A DNA stretch of 58,642 bases from an uncultured Planctomycetaceae bacterium. GTDB taxonomy: Bacteria; Planctomycetota; Planctomycetia; Pirellulales; PNKZ01. The notes under the pieces were generated by a model, which searched no databases, was not told the DNA's origin, and saw only the letters and a list, made by a program, of their open reading frames with translations. The translations under genes were made by a program, and so were the position numbers. This document shows positions 20,817 to 30,379 of this stretch, piece after piece; position 1 is the stretch's first letter, and each line of letters begins with the position of its first letter. The stretch lies in assembly GCA_964387325.1 (NCBI GenBank), contig CAYLYE010000001.1:85453-144094 (forward strand). The letters run 5' to 3'.

Positions 20817-23627
20817 TCAGTCGACAAACATCAACTCATTGCTCATCAGCAAGGCATGCACGAATTGCTCCCAGGCGGGCTGCTGAGCGGGGCCTAAAAA
20901 CTCCCGGGCCAGTCGCTGCTCGTCGGCGGTCGCAGAGCGGCTGAATACTTGACGATAAATCCAAGTGACCCGGTCGGCGAGTTCCGTCGTTTGAGGATTA
21001 CGACTCAAGACCGAGATACGCCGCGCGGTCGAAATCACCAGCGGGTGATTCATCAGGAACAAGGCTTGCGGCGTGACGGTCGTCACGTCGCGCTGCGGGT
21101 TCGAGCTGTCAGGGTTCGGAAAGTCGAACGTCCGCAACGTGGTCGGCATCGTGTAGCGATCAAGATAGCCGTACAGCGCGCGACGATTCGAGCCCTCGCT
21201 GAAGGTGTTTTTGACCGTAGGACCACCGACCGTCGTGTTGAGTTGCCCGGACACAGCCAGCAGCGCGTCGTGGAACGGCTCCCACTCGAGTCGGCGGCGA
21301 TTCATGTGGCTCCACAGGCGGTTGTCCGGATCCACGCGATTGTCGCGCGGCAGCTCTGAACTTTGCGCATAGGTGGCCGACAGCACGAGCTCGCGATGCA
21401 GTTGCTTGAGCGACCAACCGCCGTCGATGAACCGTCGCGCCAAATGATCGAGCAACTCGGGATGCGTTGGCGGCTCGCTACGCACGCCGAAGTCGCTCGG
21501 TGTCCGTACAATGCCCGTGCCAAAGTGGTGCATCCAGAGCCGATTCACGAGCACGCGCGGCGTGAGTGGGTTGCGCGGGTCGGCGATCTTGCGCGCCAAT
21601 TCGAGCCGGCCTGATCCCACGCCGAACGGTTGGCGCGTCGAACCGTCGAGCAACTCGAGGAACTGGCGCGGCACGCGATCGCCACGCTGACCCGGGTTGC
21701 CTCGGATGAACACCTGAGGGTCGTTCGGCTTCGGCAGATCGACGAGCACCATCGCGCGCGGTGGCGCGTCGGGACCAGCGGCTCGATGATCCTCGATGGC
21801 CTTGAGCAACTCGCGCCACTTGCCTTGCGTCGCGCGATCGGGCAACAAATCGAGATCGCCATACGCGCTACGCGGGAAATGCGATACCGAGTCCGGCGCG
21901 TAGAGCACCGCACGCAACGCCTCCTCGGCCGCATCGGGCAACCGCTGTGCGTCCGGTCGCGCACGTAAGAATTCCTGCCAACGATCGTCGATCTCGACGA
22001 ACAACTTGCCGTAGGCGACGGCTGCTTCCCCCAGCGACTTGATGGGCGGATTCTGCAACACGCTCAGCACGCGCGTGTTGACCGGCTTGGCCGCATCGAG
22101 CTTCGATAACTCGGCGAGTACCTGCGGAGCTTTCGCGGCAAACTCTTCGCTTGGCAAATCGACCAATGCATGCCAAGGGACAAAGACCGGACTGCGAGTC
22201 TGTCGGGCCCGCTGCAAATAGTTCTGCCAACGACCGATCATCGCCGGGTTGAGGTCGGCCGTGTCGGCGAGCAGCATGAAGTCATCTTGCCGGGGTCGGC
22301 CGCGCCGTTGCTCGACAGCCAACAAGTAGTCGCCAGCTCGGCGGCGCGAGCCGCTCACGAGCGCGGCATACTTCTCATCGAGAAACGCTTGCAGAGCCGT
22401 GACCCGTTTTTGCAGCTCCTCGTCGTACTTGCGGTAGCCATCGGTCTGCGGCGGGGAGTCGATCAGCGGCGGTACCAAAGGCTCGATGCAACTGGCGAAC
22501 ACCCCATAGAGCGAATAGTAATCGCGCGTCGGGATCGGGTCGTACTTGTGATCGTGGCAGCGGGCGCAACCCACCGACAGGCCCATCAGCCCGCGCGTGA
22601 CAACATCGATTCGATCGTCAATGATGTCATGCATGTTATCGATGAAGCGAGGGCCAACGGTCAGAAAACCCAACGCTGCCAGCGCGCGATCGTTGCGCCG
22701 CTGCGGCAGCAAATCGGCCGCGAGCTGCTCGATAATAAACTGATCGTAGGGCAAATCGTCGTTCAAGGCCGAGACGACATAGTCGCGATAGGTAAACGCC
22801 CAGGGGTACTCGCTCTTGCCGAAGATCGCGTAGCCTTTGGTGTCGGCATAGCGGGCCACGTCGAGCCAGTGACGAGCCCAACGCTCGCCGTACTGTGGTG
22901 ACGCGAGCAGGCGGTCGACAACGGAAGAAAGAGCGGACGAGGCTTTGTTGGCGTCCCGCGTTTGTTGCTCGGCGGCGAACGCGGCGACGAACGTCTCGAC
23001 GTCCTCGACCTTGGGTGGTAGCCCGATCAGATCAAAATACACGCGCCGCAACAGCGTGCGCGGGTCGGCTGCCACGGCGGGGCGCAACCCCTGCTGTTCA
23101 AGCTTGGCCAGAATGAAATAGTCGAGTGACGTGCGTGGCCAAGCGGTGTCTTGCACCTTGGGGATCGTGCGTGTGCCGATCGGCTGAAATGCCCAGTGCG
23201 CGGTCGAGGCCGCGCCGCTCGCCTTCGTCACCGAAGCGGTGCCATCGCGTGGGTCGGCAGCCCCTTCGCGCACCCAACGCTCGAAGTCGGCAATCAACTG
23301 CGGGGAAAGTTTCTTGTCGGGGGGCATCTCCAGGCCGTCGTGCTTGAGCGCCTGGATCAACAGGCTCGCCGTGGGATCGCCCGGCACGACCGCCGGCCCA
23401 CTGTCGCCACCGCGTCGCAACAAGGCTCGCGTGTCGAGTCGCAGGCCCCCTTTCACTCCCTTGCCCTCGCCCGAGTGGCAGCGGTAGCAATGCTCGACCA
23501 GCACGGGTCGAATGCGTTGTTCGAAGAAGTCGAGCTGAGCCGAGGTCGCTGAGTCGGCTGCACGTAGCGTCGTGTTAACACATAGCACGACCACGATCAG
23601 CAACAGTGAGCGAAGCAAGACGGACAT
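20817..23627 (-). CDS. PSCyt (planctomycete cytochrome c) / DUF1549 / DUF1553 protein
   Basis: Signal peptide, then CYRCHSGEGKGVKGGLRLD (haem-binding CxxCH), a DUF1549-like LLRRVYFDLIGLPP, and a DUF1553-like CARCHDHKYDPIPTRDYY. The start is set at ATG 23627. Confidence 0.9.
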   Translation of the reverse strand: MSVLLRSLLLIVVVLCVNTTLRAADSATSAQLDFFEQRIRPVLVEHCYRCHSGEGKGVKGGLRLDTRALLRRGGDSGPAVVPGDPTASLLIQALKHDGLEMPPDKKLSPQLIADFERWVREGAADPRDGTASVTKASGAASTAHWAFQPIGTRTIPKVQDTAWPRTSLDYFILAKLEQQGLRPAVAADPRTLLRRVYFDLIGLPPKVEDVETFVAAFAAEQQTRDANKASSALSSVVDRLLASPQYGERWARHWLDVARYADTKGYAIFGKSEYPWAFTYRDYVVSALNDDLPYDQFIIEQLAADLLPQRRNDRALAALGFLTVGPRFIDNMHDIIDDRIDVVTRGLMGLSVGCARCHDHKYDPIPTRDYYSLYGVFASCIEPLVPPLIDSPPQTDGYRKYDEELQKRVTALQAFLDEKYAALVSGSRRRAGDYLLAVEQRRGRPRQDDFMLLADTADLNPAMIGRWQNYLQRARQTRSPVFVPWHALVDLPSEEFAAKAPQVLAELSKLDAAKPVNTRVLSVLQNPPIKSLGEAAVAYGKLFVEIDDRWQEFLRARPDAQRLPDAAEEALRAVLYAPDSVSHFPRSAYGDLDLLPDRATQGKWRELLKAIEDHRAAGPDAPPRAMVLVDLPKPNDPQVFIRGNPGQRGDRVPRQFLELLDGSTRQPFGVGSGRLELARKIADPRNPLTPRVLVNRLWMHHFGTGIVRTPSDFGVRSEPPTHPELLDHLARRFIDGGWSLKQLHRELVLSATYAQSSELPRDNRVDPDNRLWSHMNRRRLEWEPFHDALLAVSGQLNTTVGGPTVKNTFSEGSNRRALYGYLDRYTMPTTLRTFDFPNPDSSNPQRDVTTVTPQALFLMNHPLVISTARRISVLSRNPQTTELADRVTWIYRQVFSRSATADEQRLAREFLGPAQQPAWEQFVHALLMSNELMFVD

Positions 23628-23756
23628 GGTTAATCGACAATGACTCGGCCAGGGTGGAAGACACGACGCGCTAAGTAATGAGTATAACTCGACGCGTCTT
23701 CGAAGCCCAATGCCCTGAATCAGAGGCAATTTCTGGCCGGCTTGGTAACCACTTCG

Positions 23757-24143
23757 CTAGGCTTTGGCCTCGTCGTCGAACAAAAAGTGGCCGCCGCTGA
23801 TGTACCAGCCTTCGGTCAGCGCTCGGCACCAGATGATCTCGGTCGCGATGCGGCAGGTGTTGCCCGTCGGCGAGGCGAACGTCAACTCGATCGTGCCGGG
23901 CTCGAGTTTCGCATTGTGCAACAAACCAATGCCCGAGGCAGATATCTCGCGGGCAAAAACAACGAGCGATTCGTTGCTCACGCCGTCGACAGTGAGCGAC
24001 ACGCTTTGGAAGAACGGATGGCGTGGCTCGGCGCGGCGTTCGGCGCCTGAGTTATGCACAACGTCCATCAGCAGCGATGCGATCGCCTGGCGATCACTAT
24101 GCGGAAGTGTGGTTGCTGTCCCTGTGATCTTGGAATGATTCAT
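23757..24143 (-). CDS. PilZ-domain protein, a candidate c-di-GMP receptor
   Basis: ERRAEPRH matches the RxxxR motif and EISASGIG matches the D/NxSxxG motif, with the spacing expected of PilZ domains. Confidence 0.75.
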   Translation of the reverse strand: MNHSKITGTATTLPHSDRQAIASLLMDVVHNSGAERRAEPRHPFFQSVSLTVDGVSNESLVVFAREISASGIGLLHNAKLEPGTIELTFASPTGNTCRIATEIIWCRALTEGWYISGGHFLFDDEAKA

Positions 24144-24433
24144 GACCCACCCTTGTTACGATAAAGATGACTCGCAGCAGCATAATGCTTCCGCACTCAA
24201 CAAACCGTAGCTTTATCCCCGAGCGTGTGATTGGCAAAATGTGGTAGACAACATTTTGCGCTCACGAGTCGTTCGAGCGAGGCGAATCGACGAGCGATAG
24301 CAAGGGTTATTCACCCCAGAGGCATTCAAATGCCACAAGATCAGGGGGCAGGTTCGAGGCGTGTCAGACCACTTGATGCGCTGATTGCGCTGCACCCACG
24401 AGCGGCCAGAAATCGCATGGGGTTTGTAGAGAT

Positions 24434-24468
24434 ATTCTCGCGGCGCGACAAGCTCGCGCCGCGAGAAT
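24434..24468 (-). terminator. Perfect 15-bp stem hairpin just downstream of fliA; no clear U-tract
   Basis: attctcgcggcgcga (24434-24448), loop caagc, then tcgcgccgcgagaat (24454-24468). It begins 26 nt after the fliA stop. Confidence 0.5.
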
Positions 24469-24493
24469 CAAAATCAGAATGTCGACTGCACGA

Positions 24494-25291
24494 CTAGGTG
24501 CCAAACTCGGTGCGGCGTCGATCGAGTTGTTGCTGCAATCGCTGCACGATGGCGCTGTGCATCTGGCTCACACGGCTCTCGGAGAGGTCGAGCGTCGCGC
24601 CGATCTCTTTCATCGTCATCTCCTCATAGTAATAGAGGATGATGATCAGCCGTTCGTTGCGATTGAGCCCCTTGGTGACGAGCCGCATCAGATCGGTTTT
24701 CTGAATGCGTCGCGTAGGGTCTTCACCCTTCTTGTCTTCCAGGATGTCGATTTCGCGAACGTCCTTGTAGCTGTCGGTCTCGTACCATTTTTTGTTCAGG
24801 CTGATGAGCCCGACCGCGTTGGCTTCGAGAACCATCTTTTCCAGCTCTTCGACGTTGATCTGCATGTGCTCGGCGAGTTCAACGTCGGTGGGCTGTCGGC
24901 CCAACTTGGCGTCGAGCGTTTTGACCGCTTCGTTAAGCTTGTTGGCCTTGCTGCGCACGAGGCGCGGCACCCAGTCCATCGTGCGGAGCTCGTCGAGCAT
25001 CGCACCACGGATGCGGGGGACACAGTAGGTTTCGAACTTGACGCCGCGCGTCATGTCGAAGGCATCAATGGCGTCCATGAGGCCGAACACGCCGGCCGAG
25101 ATGAGGTCATCGAGATCGACGCCGTCGGGCAGTCGAGCCCAAATGCGTTCGCCGTTATACTTGACCAGCGGCAAGTAGTTTTCGACCAGTCGGTTGCGTA
25201 ATTCCTGATTGTTGAGATCAGCTTTGAACGCTTCCCAAACCTGGCCGATATCTTCCGCGTTGAGGACCGAAGTTGCCATGCACTCCTCCAT
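24494..25291 (-). CDS. fliA: Flagellar sigma factor FliA/WhiG (sigma-28)
   Basis: Sigma-70 regions 2, 3 and 4 are recognisable (LISAGVFGLMDAIDAFD, ERLIIILYYYEEMTMKEIGATLDLSESRVSQMH), and it sits next to flhF and flhG. ATG 25279 is an alternative start. Confidence 0.9.
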   Translation of the reverse strand: MEECMATSVLNAEDIGQVWEAFKADLNNQELRNRLVENYLPLVKYNGERIWARLPDGVDLDDLISAGVFGLMDAIDAFDMTRGVKFETYCVPRIRGAMLDELRTMDWVPRLVRSKANKLNEAVKTLDAKLGRQPTDVELAEHMQINVEELEKMVLEANAVGLISLNKKWYETDSYKDVREIDILEDKKGEDPTRRIQKTDLMRLVTKGLNRNERLIIILYYYEEMTMKEIGATLDLSESRVSQMHSAIVQRLQQQLDRRRTEFGT

Positions 25292-25347
25292 GACTGCAAG
25301 CTATGAGCACTCTGAACTGAGCGGCCGATCACGACGTCCCGTCGCGA

Positions 25348-25608
25348 TCAGCCGGCGGCTGACTGTTTTTCCACGCTGTTCTTGGCCTGCGAGCTCTGGT
25401 CGATCTTCTCGGTGAGTTGCGTGCGAACCGCCTCATCGACGATTTGCGCTGCAACGACACCGACGACATAGCCGCAAGCCGCGAACACGAGCAACACGTA
25501 CCAGGCCTTCAGCAGCACCTCTTGGAGGCCGCCGCCGTTGACCCAACCGAACACCAGTGCCGTGGACCAAGCCACGAGCGCCAAAGTGACCGAATACGTT
25601 CGCTCCAC
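25348..25608 (-). CDS. Small two-TM membrane protein, hypothetical
   Basis: It has two hydrophobic segments and sits between flhG and fliA on the same strand. No motif recognised. Confidence 0.45.
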   Translation of the reverse strand: MERTYSVTLALVAWSTALVFGWVNGGGLQEVLLKAWYVLLVFAACGYVVGVVAAQIVDEAVRTQLTEKIDQSSQAKNSVEKQSAAG

Positions 25609-25754
25609 GTTAACCGTCCCTTGCCGACCGCCACCGGTAAACTCGACTTAGCCGTTAAGGTTTAACGACGCATCGCGCACCGAGCGGTAGGTCCGTGTAT
25701 CGACCAAGGGAGCAGGTTAGGTTTAGTATTTCTCCGATTTATCGAGAGGGTTAT

Positions 25755-26585
25755 TTACGAGGTTTGACTCATGGCCGTCACGCACTCCGTGGCACGCTCA
25801 CGACAGCACGAGTGTAATTGACCCACAAGTCCTGAGAACGCGTCTGCCGTCCGTGCCGACCGCCGCTGGGCTATCGACGCGAGGCCTTCGTCGATCGGCA
25901 CATTCGCGGCCGACTCGAGTGACACGGCAAGGAACCGTTGGGCGGTCTGGGCGAGTCGTGCGACCGCCTCGATGCCCCGCACGCGGCTGTCGAGCCGATT
26001 CAGGATCAGTGACAGCGGGGGCGCAATCTGCTGGCGATGCCAGCTTTTGAGCAAGCCGTAGGCGTCGAGCAACGCTACATCGTCGGCGGTCGTGACAAGC
26101 ATCGCGCGGTCAGCGATCGTCGCCAGCCGTTGCGCCAAACGGGTGTAACCACGCCCCAGGTCGAGTAAGACGATATCGACACGATCTAAGCGGCGAAGTT
26201 GATCGATCAAATGTTGGCAAGCCGATTCGCTCGGCTCGAGATGCGTCCGCCGGGGCCGTTCGCCACAGGCGATCAACACCCCCTCGGGGCCCTCGACGAG
26301 CACCTGCTTTAATTCGCGCCGCTGCACGAGGACGTCTCCCAAGTGCTGTTCGTCGTTCACGCCAGCGATCATCGCCAGGTCGGGACCGTCGAGCACCGTG
26401 TCCACGACCGCACAGCGTTGTCCGCCGCGCGTTAGCTCCAGCGCCAATTGCAGCGCGAGCGTCGTTGTGCCCACGCCCCCTTTGGCGCCTGCGAGCGCGA
26501 TCAATACCGGTCCGACTTCAGGCGCGGGGCTGTCGTGCAGCCCACGCTGTATCCAGGAGCGAAGTTCGTGTGCTTGATCGTGCAT
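25755..26585 (-). CDS. flhG: MinD/ParA-family protein FlhG (FleN/YlxH-like) with a non-canonical P-loop
   Basis: VLIALAGAKGGVGTTTLALQLA follows flhF, as in other flagellar loci. The start is set at ATG 26585, because the ORF-track start would overlap flhF. Confidence 0.8.
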   Translation of the reverse strand: MHDQAHELRSWIQRGLHDSPAPEVGPVLIALAGAKGGVGTTTLALQLALELTRGGQRCAVVDTVLDGPDLAMIAGVNDEQHLGDVLVQRRELKQVLVEGPEGVLIACGERPRRTHLEPSESACQHLIDQLRRLDRVDIVLLDLGRGYTRLAQRLATIADRAMLVTTADDVALLDAYGLLKSWHRQQIAPPLSLILNRLDSRVRGIEAVARLAQTAQRFLAVSLESAANVPIDEGLASIAQRRSARTADAFSGLVGQLHSCCRERATECVTAMSQTS

Positions 26586-26661
26586 GAGTGGATGACTGGG
26601 AGACGAAGCGGAACTCTTTAGCCCTCGGCGATAGGTCCGTAGGACCGTACGCCGGGGGTCG

Positions 26662-27849
26662 TTACAAAGTTTGCGGTCGAACGACGTGTTGCGCCAACTC
26701 ACTAGCGCGCGCCACGGCGATGTCGTCGGGCACGTTCTGACCGTTGGTTACATAACTGAGCGGCAACTGGCACTCCCGCAGCAGCGGCAACAAGTTGCCC
26801 AAGTTCGTGGTTTCGTCGAGCTTGCTCAGGATCAAGGCTGTGGTCCCGACGTCGGCAAAACTCTCGGCGGTGCGCATGAGCGTGCGGGTGCCCGTGACGG
26901 CGCTGAGTACCAGATGCACATCCTGCACGCCGGCCTCGGTCAAAAAGCTTTTCAACTCTTGAATCTGCACTTCGTCTTTCAGGCTGCGGCCGGCCGTGTC
27001 GAGCAACACCAAGTCGAGGTTGGCCAAGTCAGCCGTCGCCTGGCGAATTTCACGCGGCGTGGTGACGACCCGCATCGGCAAATCGATGATGTCGGCATAG
27101 GTCCTGAGCTGCTCGACGGCCGCGATACGATAGGTGTCGACCGTGATGAGTCCGACCCGCTTCTTCTCGCGGAGCCGATAATGGGCGGCGAGCTTGGCGA
27201 TCGTGGTCGTCTTGCCAACCCCGGTCGGACCCACGAGCGCCACCAAACGGCACTGGCCGGGAGTCAATTTCAACGGACCACTGCAATGAATCTCGTTCTC
27301 GATGAGCGTCGTGAGACGTGAACGCAACGTCCGCTCATCGGTCAGCTCATGATCGGGGACCAACGTCCGCACACGCTCGACCAACTCGCGGGCCAGCGCT
27401 TCGTCGAGTTCGGCGTCGATCAAGTCGGTGTACAGTCGGAAGAGCCGATCGGGGAGCGTCGTGCTCGCTGAGTTGTTCGTGCGGCGACACAGTTCTTCGA
27501 CAACGTTTTGCAGGTGTTGCAATTGACCGCGTAGCTCGTCTCGAAAGGCTTGCTTATCGGACGTCGGCTCGCTGGGCAATTTCATCTCAGCGACCGGAAC
27601 CGGTATGTGTGCCACCGCGGCCGGCGCGGGAGGGGGCGGCGACAAGGCCTCGCGCGAGGGCCAACGACTCGGCACGTTGACTTCGTTCGAGGCGACCACC
27701 TCGAACTTGCGCATCCCGGGAATCCAGCGAAACAGCCCGCTGTTGTTGATCTCGCGCGTGTGCAGCACGGCGGCCGACGGTCCCAGCTCGCGGCGGACCA
27801 TCACCAAGGCCTCTTGCAGCGTCGTGGCTCGAAAGGTGCGAATGTCCAT
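26662..27849 (-). CDS. flhF: Flagellar biosynthesis SRP-type GTPase FlhF
   Basis: It has the G1 motif GPTGVGKTTTIAKLAA, LLDTAGR, and SKLDET. Confidence 0.9.
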   Translation of the reverse strand: MDIRTFRATTLQEALVMVRRELGPSAAVLHTREINNSGLFRWIPGMRKFEVVASNEVNVPSRWPSREALSPPPPAPAAVAHIPVPVAEMKLPSEPTSDKQAFRDELRGQLQHLQNVVEELCRRTNNSASTTLPDRLFRLYTDLIDAELDEALARELVERVRTLVPDHELTDERTLRSRLTTLIENEIHCSGPLKLTPGQCRLVALVGPTGVGKTTTIAKLAAHYRLREKKRVGLITVDTYRIAAVEQLRTYADIIDLPMRVVTTPREIRQATADLANLDLVLLDTAGRSLKDEVQIQELKSFLTEAGVQDVHLVLSAVTGTRTLMRTAESFADVGTTALILSKLDETTNLGNLLPLLRECQLPLSYVTNGQNVPDDIAVARASELAQHVVRPQTL

Positions 27850-27954
27850 AGGAGAAAATGATGAATGCGGAATGATAAATGATAAATGTACGAGTCAGCT
27901 AATCGCGATTTCTCAACTCCAGTCTCTCGTCTCCGGTCTCCCGTCTGTTCTTCC

Positions 27955-30048
27955 TCACTTCGCGTCGCTCACCATACTGACCGCCTCGATCTGCGTGTCG
28001 CGCGTGATCTCGTTAAAGCTCAGCACCACCAATTGCGGCAGATGCGATTGGGTCAGCCGTTTGAGTAACGGTCGCGTCTGCGGACTCACGAGCACGATGG
28101 GCGGGTGATTGCCGCGCTTGAGCTTCTCCAACTCGGCGGCGATCAAGCGGCACGTGACGTCGATCGCCTGCGGCGACATGCGAACCACAATGCCCCGCTC
28201 GGTCAATTCAGCCCCGGCGCGGATGCGATCCTCGATGGCCGGGTCGAGCGTGATGACTCGCAACGTGCCGTTGCTGTCGCGATACCGGCCACAAATGGTG
28301 CGCCCCAACCGATGTCGAACGAACTCGCCCAGCAGCACGGGATCTTTGGTCCGCGCGGCGTAATCGCCGAGCGTCTCCAGGATCGGCGCAAGCTGCCGGA
28401 TCGGCACCTGCTCGTTGAGCAACAGCTGTAAGACCTGCTGCAACTCGGCCAGCTTCATCACGCCTGGCACCAGCTCATCGACCACCGCCGGCGAGGTCTT
28501 CTTCAACTCGTCGAGCAAATGCTTCGTGGCGTCGCGGGTCAGGATTTCATCGGCATGTTTACGCACGACCGCCGAGAGATGCGTGGCGATGACCGCCGAG
28601 GGCTCGACCACGGTGTAGCCGAGCATCTCGGCCCGCTCGCGCTGGGCGGGCTCGATCCAAGTCGCCGGGCGATCGAACGCCGGTTCCCGCACGTCGATCC
28701 CCGTCACCTTGCCCGTCGTTACGCCCGAGTCCATCGCGAGCTGCATTTGTGGATAGATCGTTCCTTGTGCCACGGCGACGCCGGCTATCTTGACGCGATA
28801 GGTGTTCTGTTCCAGGCGCATGTTGTCACGCAACCGGACCTTGGGCAGAATAATGCCCACGTCGCTGGCGACCATCTGCCGCACGCCATGCACCCGTTCG
28901 AGCAAATCACCGCCGCGGCGCGGGTCGGCCAGCTTGACGAGCGACACGCTCAACTCGACCTCCATCGGATCGACTTGCAGCAGGTCCTCGATCCGTTCGT
29001 CGGGCTTTTTCTGCTGCGCCTCGGCGCTCGCCTTGGCTACTTTCGTGCGGCTGTCTTTTTCCTGTCGGTTCAGCGTCAGCGCCAGCGCCACGCAACTGCC
29101 GCCAATCGTCAGCAGCGGAATCGTGGGCAGCGACGTGAACACGAGCAGTCCCAGGAAACCGCCGGTCACCATGAGCGCTTGCGGCCGACTGAGCAATTGA
29201 CCGATAAACTCTTGCGGCAAATTGGTGTCGGTCGAGCTGCGCGTGGTCAGCAAGCCCGCCGCGAGCGAGATGAGAAACGCGGGGACCTGACTCACCAGAC
29301 CGTCGCCGATCGTGAGCTTGGTATAGACCTCGGCGGCGCGGGCCAAGGGCATGCCGCCCTGAATGACGCCGATGAACAAGCCGCCGACGATATTCACCAC
29401 GGTGATAATAATGCCCGCAATGGCATCGCCACGGACGAATTTGCTGGCACCGTCCATCGAGCCGAAGAAGTCCGCTTGCTGGGTGATTTCCAGTCGGCGA
29501 CGCTGCGCCTCTTTCTCGTCGATCACGCCGGCATTGAGATCGGCGTCGATCGCCATCTGTCGGCCGGGCATACCGTCCAAGGCAAAGCGGGCAGCCACTT
29601 CGCTGATGCGGGTCGCACCCTTGGTGATGACCACAAACTGAATGACCACGATGATGATGAAGATAATCAGCCCGACCACCATGCGATCGCCGGCGACAAA
29701 TTCGCCGAAGCTCCGCACCACCTCGCCGGCAGCCGACAGCCCCTGACGATCCGCCTTGGTCAGAATCAAACGTGTGGTCGCCACGTTGAGCACCAAACGA
29801 CCCAAGGTCGTGGCCAGCAGCAACGACGGAAAGACATTGAACTCGAGCGGGTTCTTCACATTGATCGTGGTCAGCAACATCAACACCGCCACGGTGATGT
29901 TGAGCGCCAACAGCACGTCCAACACCGGCGCAGGGACCGGCACCATGATCACCAGCACGCTGGTGATAAAGCCGATCGGCAAAATGAGGTCGGTGCCGCG
30001 CCCTAGCGCGAGTCGCGCTGCGGATGCTGGCAACGCTCCCGAGGCCAT
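27955..30048 (-). CDS. flhA: Flagellar export apparatus protein FlhA
   Basis: Typical FlhA N-terminal TM domain (FVAGDRMVVGLIIFIIIVVIQFVVITKGATRISEVAARFALDGMPGRQMAIDADL) and cytoplasmic domain. The start is set at ATG 30048. Confidence 0.95.
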   Translation of the reverse strand: MASGALPASAARLALGRGTDLILPIGFITSVLVIMVPVPAPVLDVLLALNITVAVLMLLTTINVKNPLEFNVFPSLLLATTLGRLVLNVATTRLILTKADRQGLSAAGEVVRSFGEFVAGDRMVVGLIIFIIIVVIQFVVITKGATRISEVAARFALDGMPGRQMAIDADLNAGVIDEKEAQRRRLEITQQADFFGSMDGASKFVRGDAIAGIIITVVNIVGGLFIGVIQGGMPLARAAEVYTKLTIGDGLVSQVPAFLISLAAGLLTTRSSTDTNLPQEFIGQLLSRPQALMVTGGFLGLLVFTSLPTIPLLTIGGSCVALALTLNRQEKDSRTKVAKASAEAQQKKPDERIEDLLQVDPMEVELSVSLVKLADPRRGGDLLERVHGVRQMVASDVGIILPKVRLRDNMRLEQNTYRVKIAGVAVAQGTIYPQMQLAMDSGVTTGKVTGIDVREPAFDRPATWIEPAQRERAEMLGYTVVEPSAVIATHLSAVVRKHADEILTRDATKHLLDELKKTSPAVVDELVPGVMKLAELQQVLQLLLNEQVPIRQLAPILETLGDYAARTKDPVLLGEFVRHRLGRTICGRYRDSNGTLRVITLDPAIEDRIRAGAELTERGIVVRMSPQAIDVTCRLIAAELEKLKRGNHPPIVLVSPQTRPLLKRLTQSHLPQLVVLSFNEITRDTQIEAVSMVSDAK

Positions 30049-30379
30049 GGTGACTCCGGTGGCTTGCTGATGTTGGGTTGGGAAAAGTGAAGAGGGGGGA
30101 ACGGTACTCAAACCCACCCGAAGAGTCCAGGGCGGTTTGCCCGCGCCACCTCGCTAGCAAACCGACGGACATCATCGCATTTGCTAGCATCTCGAGCGCC
30201 TGATAGCGTCGCAACGGGGTGATTGCAGCTCCTCGTGAGACCGCGCGAGCCCGGCGTCCGGTCGATCGCGCTGCTCGATGCTCTGGCTTGGCCATTTTCC
30301 CACGTTTGGGGGCAATGTCTTGATAATGGACCGCCGCGCAAGAACAATAGGCCTGTCGTCGCTGCTACACGTTCCGAGC

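Noticed and set aside
24187-24218. Possible sigma-28 promoter (TAAAG ... gcggaagc) upstream of the PilZ gene
   Set aside because: The -10 half matches GCCGATAA at only about 4 of 8 positions, and the spacer is about 2 nt too long.
24485-24504. Second TGGCAC motif on the minus strand (tttGGCACctagtcgtGCAg), overlapping the fliA stop
   Set aside because: The GG-to-GC spacing is 11 nt instead of 10, and the site lies ~340 nt from the next start codon.
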